In this document: in pieces, positions 38,458 through 48,579 of the stretch
Position numbering within the stretch: position 1 is the stretch's first letter
Layout of the letters: the number at the start of each line of letters is the position of its first letter
Assembly (NCBI GenBank): GCA_030590945.1
Contig: JAUVBY010000002.1
Span: 354-64,353, forward strand
Direction: 5' to 3'
Length of the DNA stretch: 64,000 bases
DNA from: Gammaproteobacteria bacterium
Lineage (GTDB): Bacteria; Pseudomonadota; Gammaproteobacteria; Arenicellales; Poriferihabitantaceae
Position numbers and translations under genes: made by a program
Notes under the pieces: model-generated
What the model was told of the DNA's origin: nothing
Databases searched by the model: none
Seen by the model: the letters and a program-made list of their open reading frames with translations, nothing else

Positions 38458-40308
38458 ATGACTCTCAAACCATACGCCAGCTTTGCTGGTGGCCTTACCG
38501 CTATTCTTTTAGTTACTTCAACTGCGTATTCTGCCGAAACAGAGGATCAGCTGACCATCATCATTACCGGTTCGCGAACCGCGCAAACTGTGGACGAAAC
38601 GCTGGCGCCGGTAACCATTATCGATCGCAAGCAAATCGAAGAACGTCCCAATGCATCGGTGACGGATTTATTGCGCTTAACGCCGGGTTTAACCGTGGTA
38701 TCAAATGGGGGTAGAGGTGCACAGACCTCTATTTTTATGCGCGGTACGGAATCGGATCACACGCTGATTTTGATTGATGGTGTGCGGGTCGGTTCGGCCA
38801 CCACCGGTACCACCGCATTACAGGATATTCCGACCGACCAGATTGAACGCATCGAAATTGTTCGAGGGCCACGCTCCAGCCTGTATGGATCAGAGGCGAT
38901 TGGCGGCGTTATTCAATTGTTTACGCGTCGACCCGATGGCGATAAAACACGCGCTAATTTCTCAGTCTCCGGTGGTAGTCATTCGAGCGCAGGCATTACT
39001 GCAGGGCTTTCGGGCCGTAAGGATTCGGCCTGGTATAGCGCCAATGTGTCGAGTTTTAAAACCGACGGATTTAACGCCTGTAACGGTAAACCCTTTCCAG
39101 ATGGCGGCGGCTGTTTTACAGATGAACCCGACGATGACGGTTACAAGAATGATTCAATCACGCTGGCCGGAGGCGTACAAATGGGTTCGCGGGTGAACGC
39201 ATCGTTTAATGCCTTACACATCGATTCGGAGGTGGAATTTGACAGCAGTTTTGAGAACGAACGCGAATCCATTAACCAGGTGCTGGGTGCGAAGCTGGAA
39301 ATTGCGGCAAGCGACATATGGAGCATGGACCTGCTGGCTGCAAAAACAAAAGATCACTCGGATAACTTTTTAGACAGCACATATAGTAGTAGCTTTAACA
39401 CCGACAGGAATCAGTTTACGTTTCAAAATGATTTCCTGACCGGCCAAAATGGCGTGACTACGCTGGGCCTGGATTACTACGACGACGAGGTGAGCGGCAC
39501 CACGGATTACGCAGTGGATAGCCGGGACAATGTCGGCTTGTTCGGTCAGTATCTGGGTAATGTCGGTACCACAGACGTTCAGCTTTCCTTACGCGGCGAT
39601 GATAACGAGCAATTTGGAAGCCAGACCACGGGTGGCGTAAGCGTAGGGCGTGAATTTTCCGGCAATATGCGTTGGACCGCGTCATATGGCTCTGCTTTTA
39701 AAGCACCAACCTTTAACGAGTTGTATTTCCCAGGATTTGGGAATCCCAATTTGAGTGCTGAAACATCCGACAGCGTTGACCTGGGCTTGTCCGGGCGCGA
39801 CCGGAACGTAAATTATTCAGCGAATATTTTTGTGACTAATATTGATGACCTGATTGCCTTCGACGCGGTTGCCAACAGGCCGGTGAATATTGGCGAGGCA
39901 CAAATAACGGGGCTTGAGCTGATCGTAGGTACACTTGTCGCAGGCTGGAATATTAATGCAGCCTATACCGGGCTATCTCCGGAGAACAAAAGTGGCGGCT
40001 TTAACGATGGGAACAATCTGGCAAGACGACCGGAGAATAGTTTTGATATGAATTTCGGGCGTGATTTTGGCAAATTCAGCACGCTATTCGATGTGCATGC
40101 TCAGGGGCATAGCTACGATGATCTGGCAAACACGGTTCGGCTCGCGGGTTTTACTACGTTTGATCTGAACCTGGGATACGCTGTGACGCAGAGCTGGCGT
40201 CTGAACCTGGCGCTGAATAATATCCTGGATAAAGAGTATGAAACGGCCAGGTATTTTAATCAGGATGGGTTCAATACCTTGTTAACCTTGCGTTATACGA
40301 CTCAGTAA
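38458..40308 (+). CDS. btuB: TonB-dependent vitamin B12 outer-membrane receptor
   Basis: Signal peptide, TonB box (DQLTIIITGSR), plug motifs (IFMRGTESDHTLILIDGVRV, IEIVRGPRSSLYGSEAIGGVI), beta-barrel. Preceded by the B12 riboswitch. Confidence 0.92.
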   Translation: MTLKPYASFAGGLTAILLVTSTAYSAETEDQLTIIITGSRTAQTVDETLAPVTIIDRKQIEERPNASVTDLLRLTPGLTVVSNGGRGAQTSIFMRGTESDHTLILIDGVRVGSATTGTTALQDIPTDQIERIEIVRGPRSSLYGSEAIGGVIQLFTRRPDGDKTRANFSVSGGSHSSAGITAGLSGRKDSAWYSANVSSFKTDGFNACNGKPFPDGGGCFTDEPDDDGYKNDSITLAGGVQMGSRVNASFNALHIDSEVEFDSSFENERESINQVLGAKLEIAASDIWSMDLLAAKTKDHSDNFLDSTYSSSFNTDRNQFTFQNDFLTGQNGVTTLGLDYYDDEVSGTTDYAVDSRDNVGLFGQYLGNVGTTDVQLSLRGDDNEQFGSQTTGGVSVGREFSGNMRWTASYGSAFKAPTFNELYFPGFGNPNLSAETSDSVDLGLSGRDRNVNYSANIFVTNIDDLIAFDAVANRPVNIGEAQITGLELIVGTLVAGWNINAAYTGLSPENKSGGFNDGNNLARRPENSFDMNFGRDFGKFSTLFDVHAQGHSYDDLANTVRLAGFTTFDLNLGYAVTQSWRLNLALNNILDKEYETARYFNQDGFNTLLTLRYTTQ

Positions 40309-40326
40309 ATCGCAAATGTGTTTGAA

Positions 40327-40490
40327 AGCCCGAATAATTCATGAATTACACGTGTCCTCACTTGTCTATTGCTATCACAGTGCATTTTCTTCAATCGACC
40401 GTACACACGAGTACGGCGCTCAATCAGATAATCCGCTGTGAAAGCAATATCCTGCGTGATCATCACGCGAATTCATGAAATATTCGGGCT
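40327..40490. repeat. MITE-like long imperfect palindrome (copy B, 164 bp)
   Basis: Termini AGCCCGAATAATTCATGAATT / AATTCATGAAATATTCGGGCT. The arms CACGTGTCCTCACTTGTCTATTGCTATCACAG and CTGTGAAAGCAATATCCTGCGTGATCATCACGCG are imperfectly complementary. Central hairpin CCGTAC..GTACGG. Confidence 0.75.
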
Positions 40491-41382
40491 GGATAAAATC
40501 GGTCAGGCTCTGTTTTCAGGTCTGGCCTTTTTTATTTCTGCCACCTGTTTTGCACAGGTTAGTGTAATCGACGATCTGGGTCGGGAGATTCGATTAGAAA
40601 AACCCGCACAGCGTATCGTGTGCCTGGCTCCCCACAATACGGAAAACCTGTTTACCGCCGGGGCGGGCGGGCAGATTGTCGGTACGGTTGATCATAGCGA
40701 TTATCCGGAACAGGCTTTGGATATTCCACGCGTTGGAAACTATAAGCAGGTCAATATAGAGGCGGTTCTGGGCTTGAAACCTGATCTGATCATCGCCTGG
40801 TCGAGCGGAAATACGAATGAATCTGTAGAGCGATTGATCGATTTAGGGATACCGGTGTTTTATTCAGAGCCGCATACCTTTGAGGAGATAATAAACAATA
40901 TAGAACGTCTGGCACTGCTAAGCGGGCGGTTGGAGGACGCAACACCCCGCCTGGAGGGCATGCGCCGGACTTTTCGCGATTTAAAAACCGAATATTCCGG
41001 TAAAAAACTACTTAAAATATTTTACCAGGTATGGGATCAACCACTAATCACCCTGAATGGAGAACATTCTGTGAGCCACGCCTTTAAATTGTGCAGCGGT
41101 ATCAATATTTTTGCGGATGAGCCTACCATTGCACCCAGAATAAATATTGAAGGCGTGATCGCAAAAAACCCGCAGCTTATTCTGCTCGCCGGGCATAGTG
41201 TTACGCAAGCGGCTAGCTGGATTGATACATGGTCAGAATGGTCCTCGATTGATGCGGTCTCGTCGGGTCAGATAAAAAACATCGATGCCGATGTCATGAA
41301 TCGACCCACGCTAAGGTTTCTGGAAGGGACGCGACAGCTATGTGAAATAATACAAAGCGCGCGCCTGGGTACTGAGCGATAG
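40438..41382 (+). CDS. btuF: periplasmic cobalamin-binding protein of ABC importer (BtuF-like)
   Basis: Class III (helical backbone) SBP pattern: RIVCLAPHNTENLF, KPDLIIAW and a signal peptide ...FFISATCFAQ. Both candidate GTG starts (40438, 40456) lie inside the repeat, so the start is uncertain. Confidence 0.78.
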   Translation: MKAISCVIITRIHEIFGLDKIGQALFSGLAFFISATCFAQVSVIDDLGREIRLEKPAQRIVCLAPHNTENLFTAGAGGQIVGTVDHSDYPEQALDIPRVGNYKQVNIEAVLGLKPDLIIAWSSGNTNESVERLIDLGIPVFYSEPHTFEEIINNIERLALLSGRLEDATPRLEGMRRTFRDLKTEYSGKKLLKIFYQVWDQPLITLNGEHSVSHAFKLCSGINIFADEPTIAPRINIEGVIAKNPQLILLAGHSVTQAASWIDTWSEWSSIDAVSSGQIKNIDADVMNRPTLRFLEGTRQLCEIIQSARLGTER

Positions 41383-41418
41383 TCCATTGCCCGTTTTCAT
41401 GGTTCTCAAATACGCGTC

Positions 41419-42480
41419 ATGAATGCCCTCATTACACACCGTGTATTGTTCACCGGATTATCGCTTGCCCTGATTTTTGCGATCGCGATCTCTATCTTGT
41501 CGGGCTCGGTTGATATCGGCCTGCAGGAAGCGCTGAATATTCTCGCGCATTCCTGGGCATCAGATGATGCGCTGATGCTTAGCGACGATATGCAGATCAA
41601 GCAGGCGGTGTTAGTGCAAATTCGCCTGCCACGGATTGCGCTGGCGATGATTACCGGCCTTACGCTGGCGGTGAGCGGCACGGTCATGCAGGGATTGTTT
41701 CGTAATCCTCTGGCCGATCCGGGTTTAATGGGTATTTCGGCCGGTTGTGCTTTCGGTGCGGCGTTATTTGCAGTGCTGGGCGCTAACTGGCTGGCGACGA
41801 TGGGCGGGATATCATCGGTTTGGGCCTTACCCATGGCGGCTTTTCTGGGTGGGTTGGTCAGCACCTGGCTGGTATTCTTTCTGGGGCGGTCAGGGCAGCG
41901 TACCGATGTAGCGACCATGCTGCTGGCCGGCATTGCGATTAATGTTATTGCTACGGCCGGTACCTCGGCTTTGAAGTTTGTCGCAGATGACCAGGCCTTG
42001 CGTGGTGTGGTTTTCTGGTTGATGGGTAATCTGGGCTCGACCCCGTGGGATCGCCTGCTGTGGGTGGCGCCTGTACAACTGGCCTCGGTTGTCGCGATGC
42101 TTTTTTATGCACCGACGTTGAACGCGTTTTTGCTGGGTGAGGCGGAGGCGCAGCATCTGGGTTATAACGTCGAGCGCAGTAAGCGTATTTTAATTCTGCT
42201 GGTAGCATTGAGCGTGGGCCTGTCGGTTTCCTTAGCCGGTGTGATTGGTTTTGTCGGGCTGGTCGTGCCACATCTGCTCAGGCGCGTAGTCGGCGCGGAT
42301 CACCGTGTATTATTGCCCGCCTCGGCAATACTCGGCGCGGTGCTGGTACTGCTTGCAGACTGGTTATCAAGAACGCTGCTGGCACCGACAGAGATCCCGG
42401 TTGGAATACTCATGGCGCTGACCGGCGGGCCATTTTTTATATGGCTGCTTTTAACCACGCGCTACCGGTTTACCCGATGA
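41419..42480 (+). CDS. btuC: FecCD-family ABC permease (BtuC-like)
   Basis: Polytopic 353-aa protein with RLPRIALAMITGLTLAVSGTVMQGLFRNPLADPGL and ILGAVLVLLAD motifs. Confidence 0.88.
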   Translation: MNALITHRVLFTGLSLALIFAIAISILSGSVDIGLQEALNILAHSWASDDALMLSDDMQIKQAVLVQIRLPRIALAMITGLTLAVSGTVMQGLFRNPLADPGLMGISAGCAFGAALFAVLGANWLATMGGISSVWALPMAAFLGGLVSTWLVFFLGRSGQRTDVATMLLAGIAINVIATAGTSALKFVADDQALRGVVFWLMGNLGSTPWDRLLWVAPVQLASVVAMLFYAPTLNAFLLGEAEAQHLGYNVERSKRILILLVALSVGLSVSLAGVIGFVGLVVPHLLRRVVGADHRVLLPASAILGAVLVLLADWLSRTLLAPTEIPVGILMALTGGPFFIWLLLTTRYRFTR

Positions 42481-43262
42481 GCCTGGTCGCTGAACAGCTC
42501 GGTTTTCACAGCGAAAATGAGTTTCGCCTGCAAAACATCTGCTGTGAAATACGCCCGGGTGAACTAAGCATCATTATTGGCCCGAACGGGTCCGGAAAAA
42601 CCAGCCTGATAAAATTACTCGCGGGTGAGCTGGCCCCTACTCAGGGGCGGGTTACGCTGGATAATGTCGATTTGCACGACTGGCATTCGGGCAAACTGGC
42701 ACAGCGCCGCGCGGTGATGCCTCAGCATGCTACGCTGGATTTCCCGTTTCGGGTGCGCGATGTGGTGGCGCTGGGGCGCAGTCCCTATCCTCGTGATGTA
42801 CAAAAAGATACGACCCTGGTGGAGCAAGCGATGCGCCACTTTGATGTCGAGGTACTGGGAGATCGCATGTATACCACGCTGTCGGGAGGGGAGCGACAGC
42901 GCGTTCACCTGGCGCGTGTCTGGGTTCAGTTGAGTGATCCCGAAGGTATTTTTCCACGTTATTTATTGCTTGATGAACCTACCTCCGCGCTGGACATGAG
43001 GCATCAACGTGAATTTTTAAGTCTGTTAAAGCAGTCGGTATCCGGCGGGCAAATGGGTGTGGTGGCGGTGCTGCATGACCTCAGTAGCGCGGTGCGTTAT
43101 GCCGATCGACTTATTTTATTGAACGAAGGCGAATTGGTCGCGGCCGGAACCTGCAAGCAGGTAATGACACCCGAAAACATTCAGAATATCTATCAGATAC
43201 CGGTAGAATTTCTACCGTATACGCGAGGCGAGAATCATGTGATAGCGGTGCCGGATGATTAG
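42477..43262 (+). CDS. btuD: ABC transporter ATP-binding protein (BtuD/HmuV-like)
   Basis: Walker A GPNGSGKTS, signature LSGGERQR, Walker B LLLDEPTSALD. ATGA overlap with the btuC stop. Confidence 0.88.
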   Translation: MSLVAEQLGFHSENEFRLQNICCEIRPGELSIIIGPNGSGKTSLIKLLAGELAPTQGRVTLDNVDLHDWHSGKLAQRRAVMPQHATLDFPFRVRDVVALGRSPYPRDVQKDTTLVEQAMRHFDVEVLGDRMYTTLSGGERQRVHLARVWVQLSDPEGIFPRYLLLDEPTSALDMRHQREFLSLLKQSVSGGQMGVVAVLHDLSSAVRYADRLILLNEGELVAAGTCKQVMTPENIQNIYQIPVEFLPYTRGENHVIAVPDD

Positions 43263-44151
43263 TGCAGCGGCGGTACTATTGGCGCTGTTGCTCGATAAGT
43301 TGTTTGGTGAGCCGCGGCATTTTCACCCCTTGGTCGGTTTTGGTTCGCTCGCTGATATGGTCGAGCGAAAGGTTTATGCCGATTCGACATTACGGGGTTT
43401 ACTGGCTCTGACGAGCCTGGTGTTACCATTGGCGTTGTTGACGGGTTTGATCGTTCAGTGGCTGGATCACTGGATAATCGGGGTTATCTTTCTGTACCTG
43501 GCGCTGGGTTGGCAAAGTTTGTTAATCCATGCGCGGCGCGTTCAGCAAGCGTTGCTTGAATCGGACCTCGAGCTGGCTCGAAAACAGGTCGCCTGTCTGG
43601 TGAGCCGGGAGACCTCTGAGTTAGATGAACCCGGGATTGCCAGAGCCACTCTGGAATCGGTATTGGAAAACGGTAATGATGCGATTTTTGCGGCTATCTT
43701 CTGGTTTGTGGTGGCGGGCGCACCCGGGGTGGTGGTGTATCGTCTGGTCAACACCCTGGATGCCATGTGGGGGTATCGAAATGCGCACTACAATCATTTT
43801 GGCCGGGCAGCTGCCAGACTGGATGATGTGTTGAATTATATCCCCGCACGACTTACCGCATTAAGTTATGCATTGGCAGGCGGGTTCGGGCAGGCAATCC
43901 GCTGTTGGAAGGAGCAGGGCCTGGCCTGGAAAAGCCCCAACGCCGGGCCGGTGATGGCAGCCGGCGCAGGAAGCCTGGGGGTTATACTAGGTGGTCCGGA
44001 GGTTTATCAGGGACAATTTCAAGCACGCATAACGCTGGGTGCAGGGCGTCAACCAGACGTTGCAGCGATAGACGAAGGGGTTAAGCTGATACAACGGGCA
44101 CTGCTGATATGGGTGCTTATAATCGCAGCAGGAGGGTGGTTGTTGCTATGA
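43255..44151 (+). CDS. cbiB: adenosylcobinamide-phosphate synthase CbiB/CobD
   Basis: [20 protein letters not shown]-terminus, RDTSELDE-like region, [11 protein letters not shown]. 298-aa membrane protein. Confidence 0.9.
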   Translation: MISAAAVLLALLLDKLFGEPRHFHPLVGFGSLADMVERKVYADSTLRGLLALTSLVLPLALLTGLIVQWLDHWIIGVIFLYLALGWQSLLIHARRVQQALLESDLELARKQVACLVSRETSELDEPGIARATLESVLENGNDAIFAAIFWFVVAGAPGVVVYRLVNTLDAMWGYRNAHYNHFGRAAARLDDVLNYIPARLTALSYALAGGFGQAIRCWKEQGLAWKSPNAGPVMAAGAGSLGVILGGPEVYQGQFQARITLGAGRQPDVAAIDEGVKLIQRALLIWVLIIAAGGWLLL

Positions 44152-45626
44152 CAACGCTTATGATCCAGGGTACGACTTCTGACGCTGGAAAATCTGCGGT
44201 GGTGACGGGGCTTTGTCGTTACCTGTACCGGCAGGGCATTCGTGTAGCACCGTTCAAGCCGCAGAATATGGCACTCAACAGCGTTGTGACACAGGACGGG
44301 GGTGAAATAGGGCGGTCGCAAGCGGTACAGGCGCGCGCGGCGGGCCTGGAGCCGCATACGGATATGAACCCGATTCTGTTGAAGCCGCAAACTGACCAGG
44401 GCGCCCAGGTAATTGTGCATGGCCATGCGCTGAGCACGATGGAAGCAAAGGATTATCACGCTTACAAGAAACGCGCGATGCAGGCCGTACTGGAATCCTA
44501 TCATCGACTGAACGCCTTGTATGATGTGATCATTGTCGAAGGCGCGGGTTCGCCGGCGGAGATTAATTTGCGCGAGAATGACATCGCTAACATGGGCTTT
44601 GCAGAACAGGTGAATTGCCCGGTATTACTGGTGGGGGATATCAACCGTGGGGGGGTGTTTGCGCAATTGGTTGGAACCCTGGAGTTGATTTCGGATAGTG
44701 AGGCCGGGCGTATTCGCGGCTTTATTATTAACCAGTTTCGAGGCGATATCAGTTTGCTAAGCGGCGGACTGGACTGGTTAGCAGAGTATGCCGGGAAACC
44801 GGTGCTGGGCGTGCTGCCCTTTTTACATGATCTGCACCTGGAAGCCGAAGATGCCTTGAATAACGAGCAGCTTGGTGATGACAGCGTTATCCGCTTGAAG
44901 GTCATTGTCCCGGTGTTGCCGCGTATCAGTAACCATACGGATTTTGATCCTCTGCGCCAGCACCCCCAGCTGGATTTTCAGTTCGTCAGCGTGCAGAGCC
45001 CCATCCCGTCCGCAGATCTGATCATCTTGCCCGGCAGTAAATCTGTCGCTGATGATCTGGCGTTTTTGCAGGATAATGGCTGGGCCGAACATTTATCGCA
45101 TCATCTGCGCTATGGCGGAAAGGTGATGGGTGTTTGCGGTGGTTTTCAAATGCTGGGCCAGACGATCAAAGACCCGAAACGGGTAGAATCCAGTACGAAA
45201 TGCGCCCATGGGCTGGGGCTGTTCGCATTACAAACCACCCTGGCTGAGCAAAAAACACTGAGTAACGTGACAGGGTATTTCAGGCACGAGGATGTTCCGG
45301 TCAGCGGCTATGAAATTCATGCGGGAATATCGGAGGGTGCTGCCTTATCGCATCCGGCATTTGTTATCGATGGCAAGCCGGAAGGCGCCATCAGCGAAGA
45401 TGGTCAAATACTGGGAACCTATTTGCACGGCGTGTTTGAATCTTCCGGGGCCTGTCAGGCATTGATGAGCTGGGCCGGGCTGGGTAATGCTGAGCAGATT
45501 GATTATGCCGCTTTGCGTGAGCAGGGCATCGATCGTCTGGCGGATGCGATTGAGCAAAGTTTCGACAAAACGCAGTTGCAGGGCCTGATTCCGGAATTGA
45601 CACCCAAGCTACGAAATAAACCATGA
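44148..45626 (+). CDS. cobQ: cobyric acid synthase
   Basis: [13 protein letters not shown]-loop. C-terminal GATase domain with [10 protein letters not shown] and YLHGVF. ATGA overlap with cbiB. Confidence 0.93.
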   Translation: MTTLMIQGTTSDAGKSAVVTGLCRYLYRQGIRVAPFKPQNMALNSVVTQDGGEIGRSQAVQARAAGLEPHTDMNPILLKPQTDQGAQVIVHGHALSTMEAKDYHAYKKRAMQAVLESYHRLNALYDVIIVEGAGSPAEINLRENDIANMGFAEQVNCPVLLVGDINRGGVFAQLVGTLELISDSEAGRIRGFIINQFRGDISLLSGGLDWLAEYAGKPVLGVLPFLHDLHLEAEDALNNEQLGDDSVIRLKVIVPVLPRISNHTDFDPLRQHPQLDFQFVSVQSPIPSADLIILPGSKSVADDLAFLQDNGWAEHLSHHLRYGGKVMGVCGGFQMLGQTIKDPKRVESSTKCAHGLGLFALQTTLAEQKTLSNVTGYFRHEDVPVSGYEIHAGISEGAALSHPAFVIDGKPEGAISEDGQILGTYLHGVFESSGACQALMSWAGLGNAEQIDYAALREQGIDRLADAIEQSFDKTQLQGLIPELTPKLRNKP

Positions 45627-46165
45627 AATCTCTAATACTCGGTGGGGTTAAATCAGGCAAAAGCCGTTTTGCGGAACAGCGTGCGATTCGCTGGACAGCT
45701 CAGGAAGGGCGCTCTGACGAATCGATAATCTACCTCGCTACCGCAGAAAACCGAAAAGATGATGAGGCGTTTTCCAGCCGGATTTCCCGGCATATAGCGC
45801 AACGCCCGGCTGGCTGGAATACCATTGAAGAGCCCTTGGAAATTTCAGATGTGATAGCCGCCGCGTCAGGAAAAGACCAATGTGTGCTGCTTGAGTGTTT
45901 GACCTTATGGCTGAGCAACCTGTTTCAGGATGAGACCACGCTTGCTTCGCACATCGAGCAATTTTGCGCAGCACTGAAAGCCTACGAAGGAGATATTATT
46001 CTGGTCAGCAATGAAACCGGCCTGGGGATCATGCCACCCAACGCGCTTGCGCGACGCTATGGTGACGAACTCGGGCTGTTGCATCAACGCATTGCTTCGG
46101 TTTGTGATGAGGTGGTATTTATCGTCGCAGGTTTACCACACTATTTAAAGCAGCCGGAAGCATGA
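45623..46165 (+). CDS. cobU: adenosylcobinamide kinase / adenosylcobinamide-phosphate guanylyltransferase
   Basis: [16 protein letters not shown]-loop. 180 aa. ATGA overlaps on both sides. Confidence 0.92.
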   Translation: MKSLILGGVKSGKSRFAEQRAIRWTAQEGRSDESIIYLATAENRKDDEAFSSRISRHIAQRPAGWNTIEEPLEISDVIAAASGKDQCVLLECLTLWLSNLFQDETTLASHIEQFCAALKAYEGDIILVSNETGLGIMPPNALARRYGDELGLLHQRIASVCDEVVFIVAGLPHYLKQPEA

Positions 46166-47232
46166 TAAATGACACAATGAATACAAGTATGAACTGGATA
46201 GAGCAAAGCGCTGCAAAACTGAACTCTGAGGCTGGAAATCGTGCCCTGGATCGTCAGAACAGTCTGACTAAACCGCCGGGTTCGCTTGGGCAGTTAGAGG
46301 AGATGGCAGTTTGGCTGGCGGAACGGCAATCAAACGATTTACCCGTTGTGAATAAGGTGTGGATCAGTGTGTTTGCGGCGGATCACGGCGTGATGGACGA
46401 GCAGGTCTCAGCATTTCCGCAAGTCGTGACGGGCGAAATGATTAAAAATTTCGCTGCCGGGGGGGCGGCAATTTGTGTGCTGGCCAAATCGCTGGATGCG
46501 CGGCTTGAAGTCATTAATCTGGGGGTGGTTAATGAGCCGGGTGAATTACCTGGCATCGTGCAGGAGCAGATTGCTCCGCAAACGCACAACATTGCAAAGG
46601 GCCCCGCTATGACATTGGAGCAATATACACAAGCTCTGCACAGCGGAAAGCGCGCAGCTGAGCGGGCACAGGCTCAACAATCTGAGCTGTATATTGCTGG
46701 CGATATGGGTATAGGTAATACCACCGTATCAGCGGCGCTGGCTTGCGCCTATCTGAAAATGGAGCCCGAACAGCTGGTGGGGCCGGGTACGGGTCTGGAT
46801 GCTGACGGAGTACAACGCAAGGCCGAGGTAGTAAAACGTGCACTGGCGTGTAATCATGCAAACTGCACGACGCCGGCGGGAATCTTGCAAAACCTTGGGG
46901 GCTTTGAGATTACTGCGATGACCGCAGCCATGATTCGTTCTGCTCAGTTGGGCATGCCGATTTTAGTAGATGGATATATTGCTTCAACCGCCGCCCTTGC
47001 GGCGGTACGCATCAATCCGTCAACCGAGGGCTGGCTCTATTTTAGTCATTGTTCGGCCGAACCCGGACACGCCGCCATATTAAAGGCATTGAAGGCTAAC
47101 GCAGTGCTCAATTTAGGCATGCGCCTGGGTGAAGCCAGTGGTGCGGCCATCGCAGTGCCCTTGTTTCAGCTCGCCTGCGCGCTGCACAATAACATGGCGA
47201 CGTTTTCCGAGGCGGGGGTTTCGGAGGAGTAA
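46162..47232 (+). CDS. cobT: nicotinate-nucleotide--dimethylbenzimidazole phosphoribosyltransferase
   Basis: LTKPPGSLGQLE, FAADHGV, GDMGIGNTT and LGMRLGEASGAA motifs. Confidence 0.93.
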   Translation: MINDTMNTSMNWIEQSAAKLNSEAGNRALDRQNSLTKPPGSLGQLEEMAVWLAERQSNDLPVVNKVWISVFAADHGVMDEQVSAFPQVVTGEMIKNFAAGGAAICVLAKSLDARLEVINLGVVNEPGELPGIVQEQIAPQTHNIAKGPAMTLEQYTQALHSGKRAAERAQAQQSELYIAGDMGIGNTTVSAALACAYLKMEPEQLVGPGTGLDADGVQRKAEVVKRALACNHANCTTPAGILQNLGGFEITAMTAAMIRSAQLGMPILVDGYIASTAALAAVRINPSTEGWLYFSHCSAEPGHAAILKALKANAVLNLGMRLGEASGAAIAVPLFQLACALHNNMATFSEAGVSEE

Positions 47233-47252
47233 GCTTTAGTCGTACCTGGCGC

Positions 47253-47996
47253 CTATGATGCCTTGCACACAGGGCAATCGGGATTACGCTTGAGCGTGAT
47301 GGTATGCCAGTCCATCAGGTTGGCATCATACAACAGTACTTTTCCCACCAGCGAGGGCAGGCCAAGCAACAGGTTCATTGCAGCCTGCGCCTGCATGGTG
47401 CCGATCACGCCGACCAGGGGCGCAACCACCCCCTCCATCGCACAGCTGGCATCGCGCAGATTTTCACCGGGATATAGGCAGTGATAGCAGGGGCTATCTG
47501 CCTGCTTTGGGTCAAATGCGGTAACCTGTCCTTCCCAGCGGATTGCCGCTCCGGAAACCAGTGGTGTGTTCGTCTCGCGGGAAATACGATTGAGCCCGAA
47601 CCGGCTTTCGAAATTATCCGTGCAATCGAGGATAATGCTGGCCGTTTTTGCAATCTTCTTGAGTTCAGCCTCTTCCGCAAAGTAATCTACGGTATTGATT
47701 TTGACATTCGGATTGATGGCCTTGAGCGACGCAGTGGCGGATTCCGTTTTGAGCTCGCCGATATCGGCGGTGGTATGCAATACCTGCCTTTGCAGATTAG
47801 AAAGATCCACCCGGTCGAAATCGCATAAGGTTAACTCGCCAACGCCGGCGGCCGTCAGATACAGCGCAACGGGTGAACCCAGACCGCCCATGCCCACGAT
47901 GAGTGCGTGTGAGTCGAGTAGTAAGTTCTGGCCCGATTCGCCAATTTGCGGCAGGCCAATATGGCGTGCATAGCGCTGTTTTGTTTCTTCTGACAT
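47253..47996 (-). CDS. moeB: MoeB/ThiF-family adenylyltransferase (probably molybdopterin-synthase adenylyltransferase)
   Basis: RYARHI..., Rossmann motif GMGGLGSPVALYLTAAGVG, DLSNLQRQ, and two CxxC pairs (CYHC, CPVC). Start at the internal ATG (MSEETKQRY). Confidence 0.82.
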   Translation of the reverse strand: MSEETKQRYARHIGLPQIGESGQNLLLDSHALIVGMGGLGSPVALYLTAAGVGELTLCDFDRVDLSNLQRQVLHTTADIGELKTESATASLKAINPNVKINTVDYFAEEAELKKIAKTASIILDCTDNFESRFGLNRISRETNTPLVSGAAIRWEGQVTAFDPKQADSPCYHCLYPGENLRDASCAMEGVVAPLVGVIGTMQAQAAMNLLLGLPSLVGKVLLYDANLMDWHTITLKRNPDCPVCKAS

Positions 47997-48072
47997 GCTG
48001 GTATTATCGTTTCTGCTGGATGCGACTGCAAACACAATCAACAATTATTCATTTGTGCAAGGCTTCACCAAT

Positions 48073-48531
48073 ATGTTAAAAAATACAATTCAAATCGAAG
48101 ATCGCTATACGATAGATCATTCGCGCGATTATGTATGGGAAAAGCTTAATGACCCTGAAATACTGGCATTGTGCATTCGGGGTTGTGCATTCGTAGAGCG
48201 AACCACGCCTACAAATTTTAAAGCAGTGATACGCGCACATATAGGCGACATTAAAAAAGATTTCAGTATTAATCTGGATGTAGATGATCAGTACGCACCA
48301 GCGCAATACACTCTTGGAACCGTGGTCAGTGCGGGCCTGTTAGGCAAGGCACAAGGGCAGGCGGACGTTGATTTAGAGGAGGCAGGCGCAGATCAGTGTG
48401 TATTGCGTTATGTGGCTACGATCAAAGGGGGGGGGCTGCTGGGAAAGGTATTGCCGCTAATTGAAGGCGCGGCCAGCCGCCGCGTACGGGAGTTTTTTGA
48501 CAAATTTGTAGAACATCTGGAGGACTGTTAA
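48073..48531 (+). CDS. SRPBCC-fold CoxG-family protein
   Basis: About 150 aa with the CoxG-like pattern (W..L.DPE.L..CI.GC, GLLGK...GGGLLGKV..L). Start at ATG 48073. Confidence 0.7.
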   Translation: MLKNTIQIEDRYTIDHSRDYVWEKLNDPEILALCIRGCAFVERTTPTNFKAVIRAHIGDIKKDFSINLDVDDQYAPAQYTLGTVVSAGLLGKAQGQADVDLEEAGADQCVLRYVATIKGGGLLGKVLPLIEGAASRRVREFFDKFVEHLEDC

Positions 48532-48579
48532 TATGCCCAATTCCTGTGGCTTACGACCTGTTAGCGGGGTTTTATTAAA

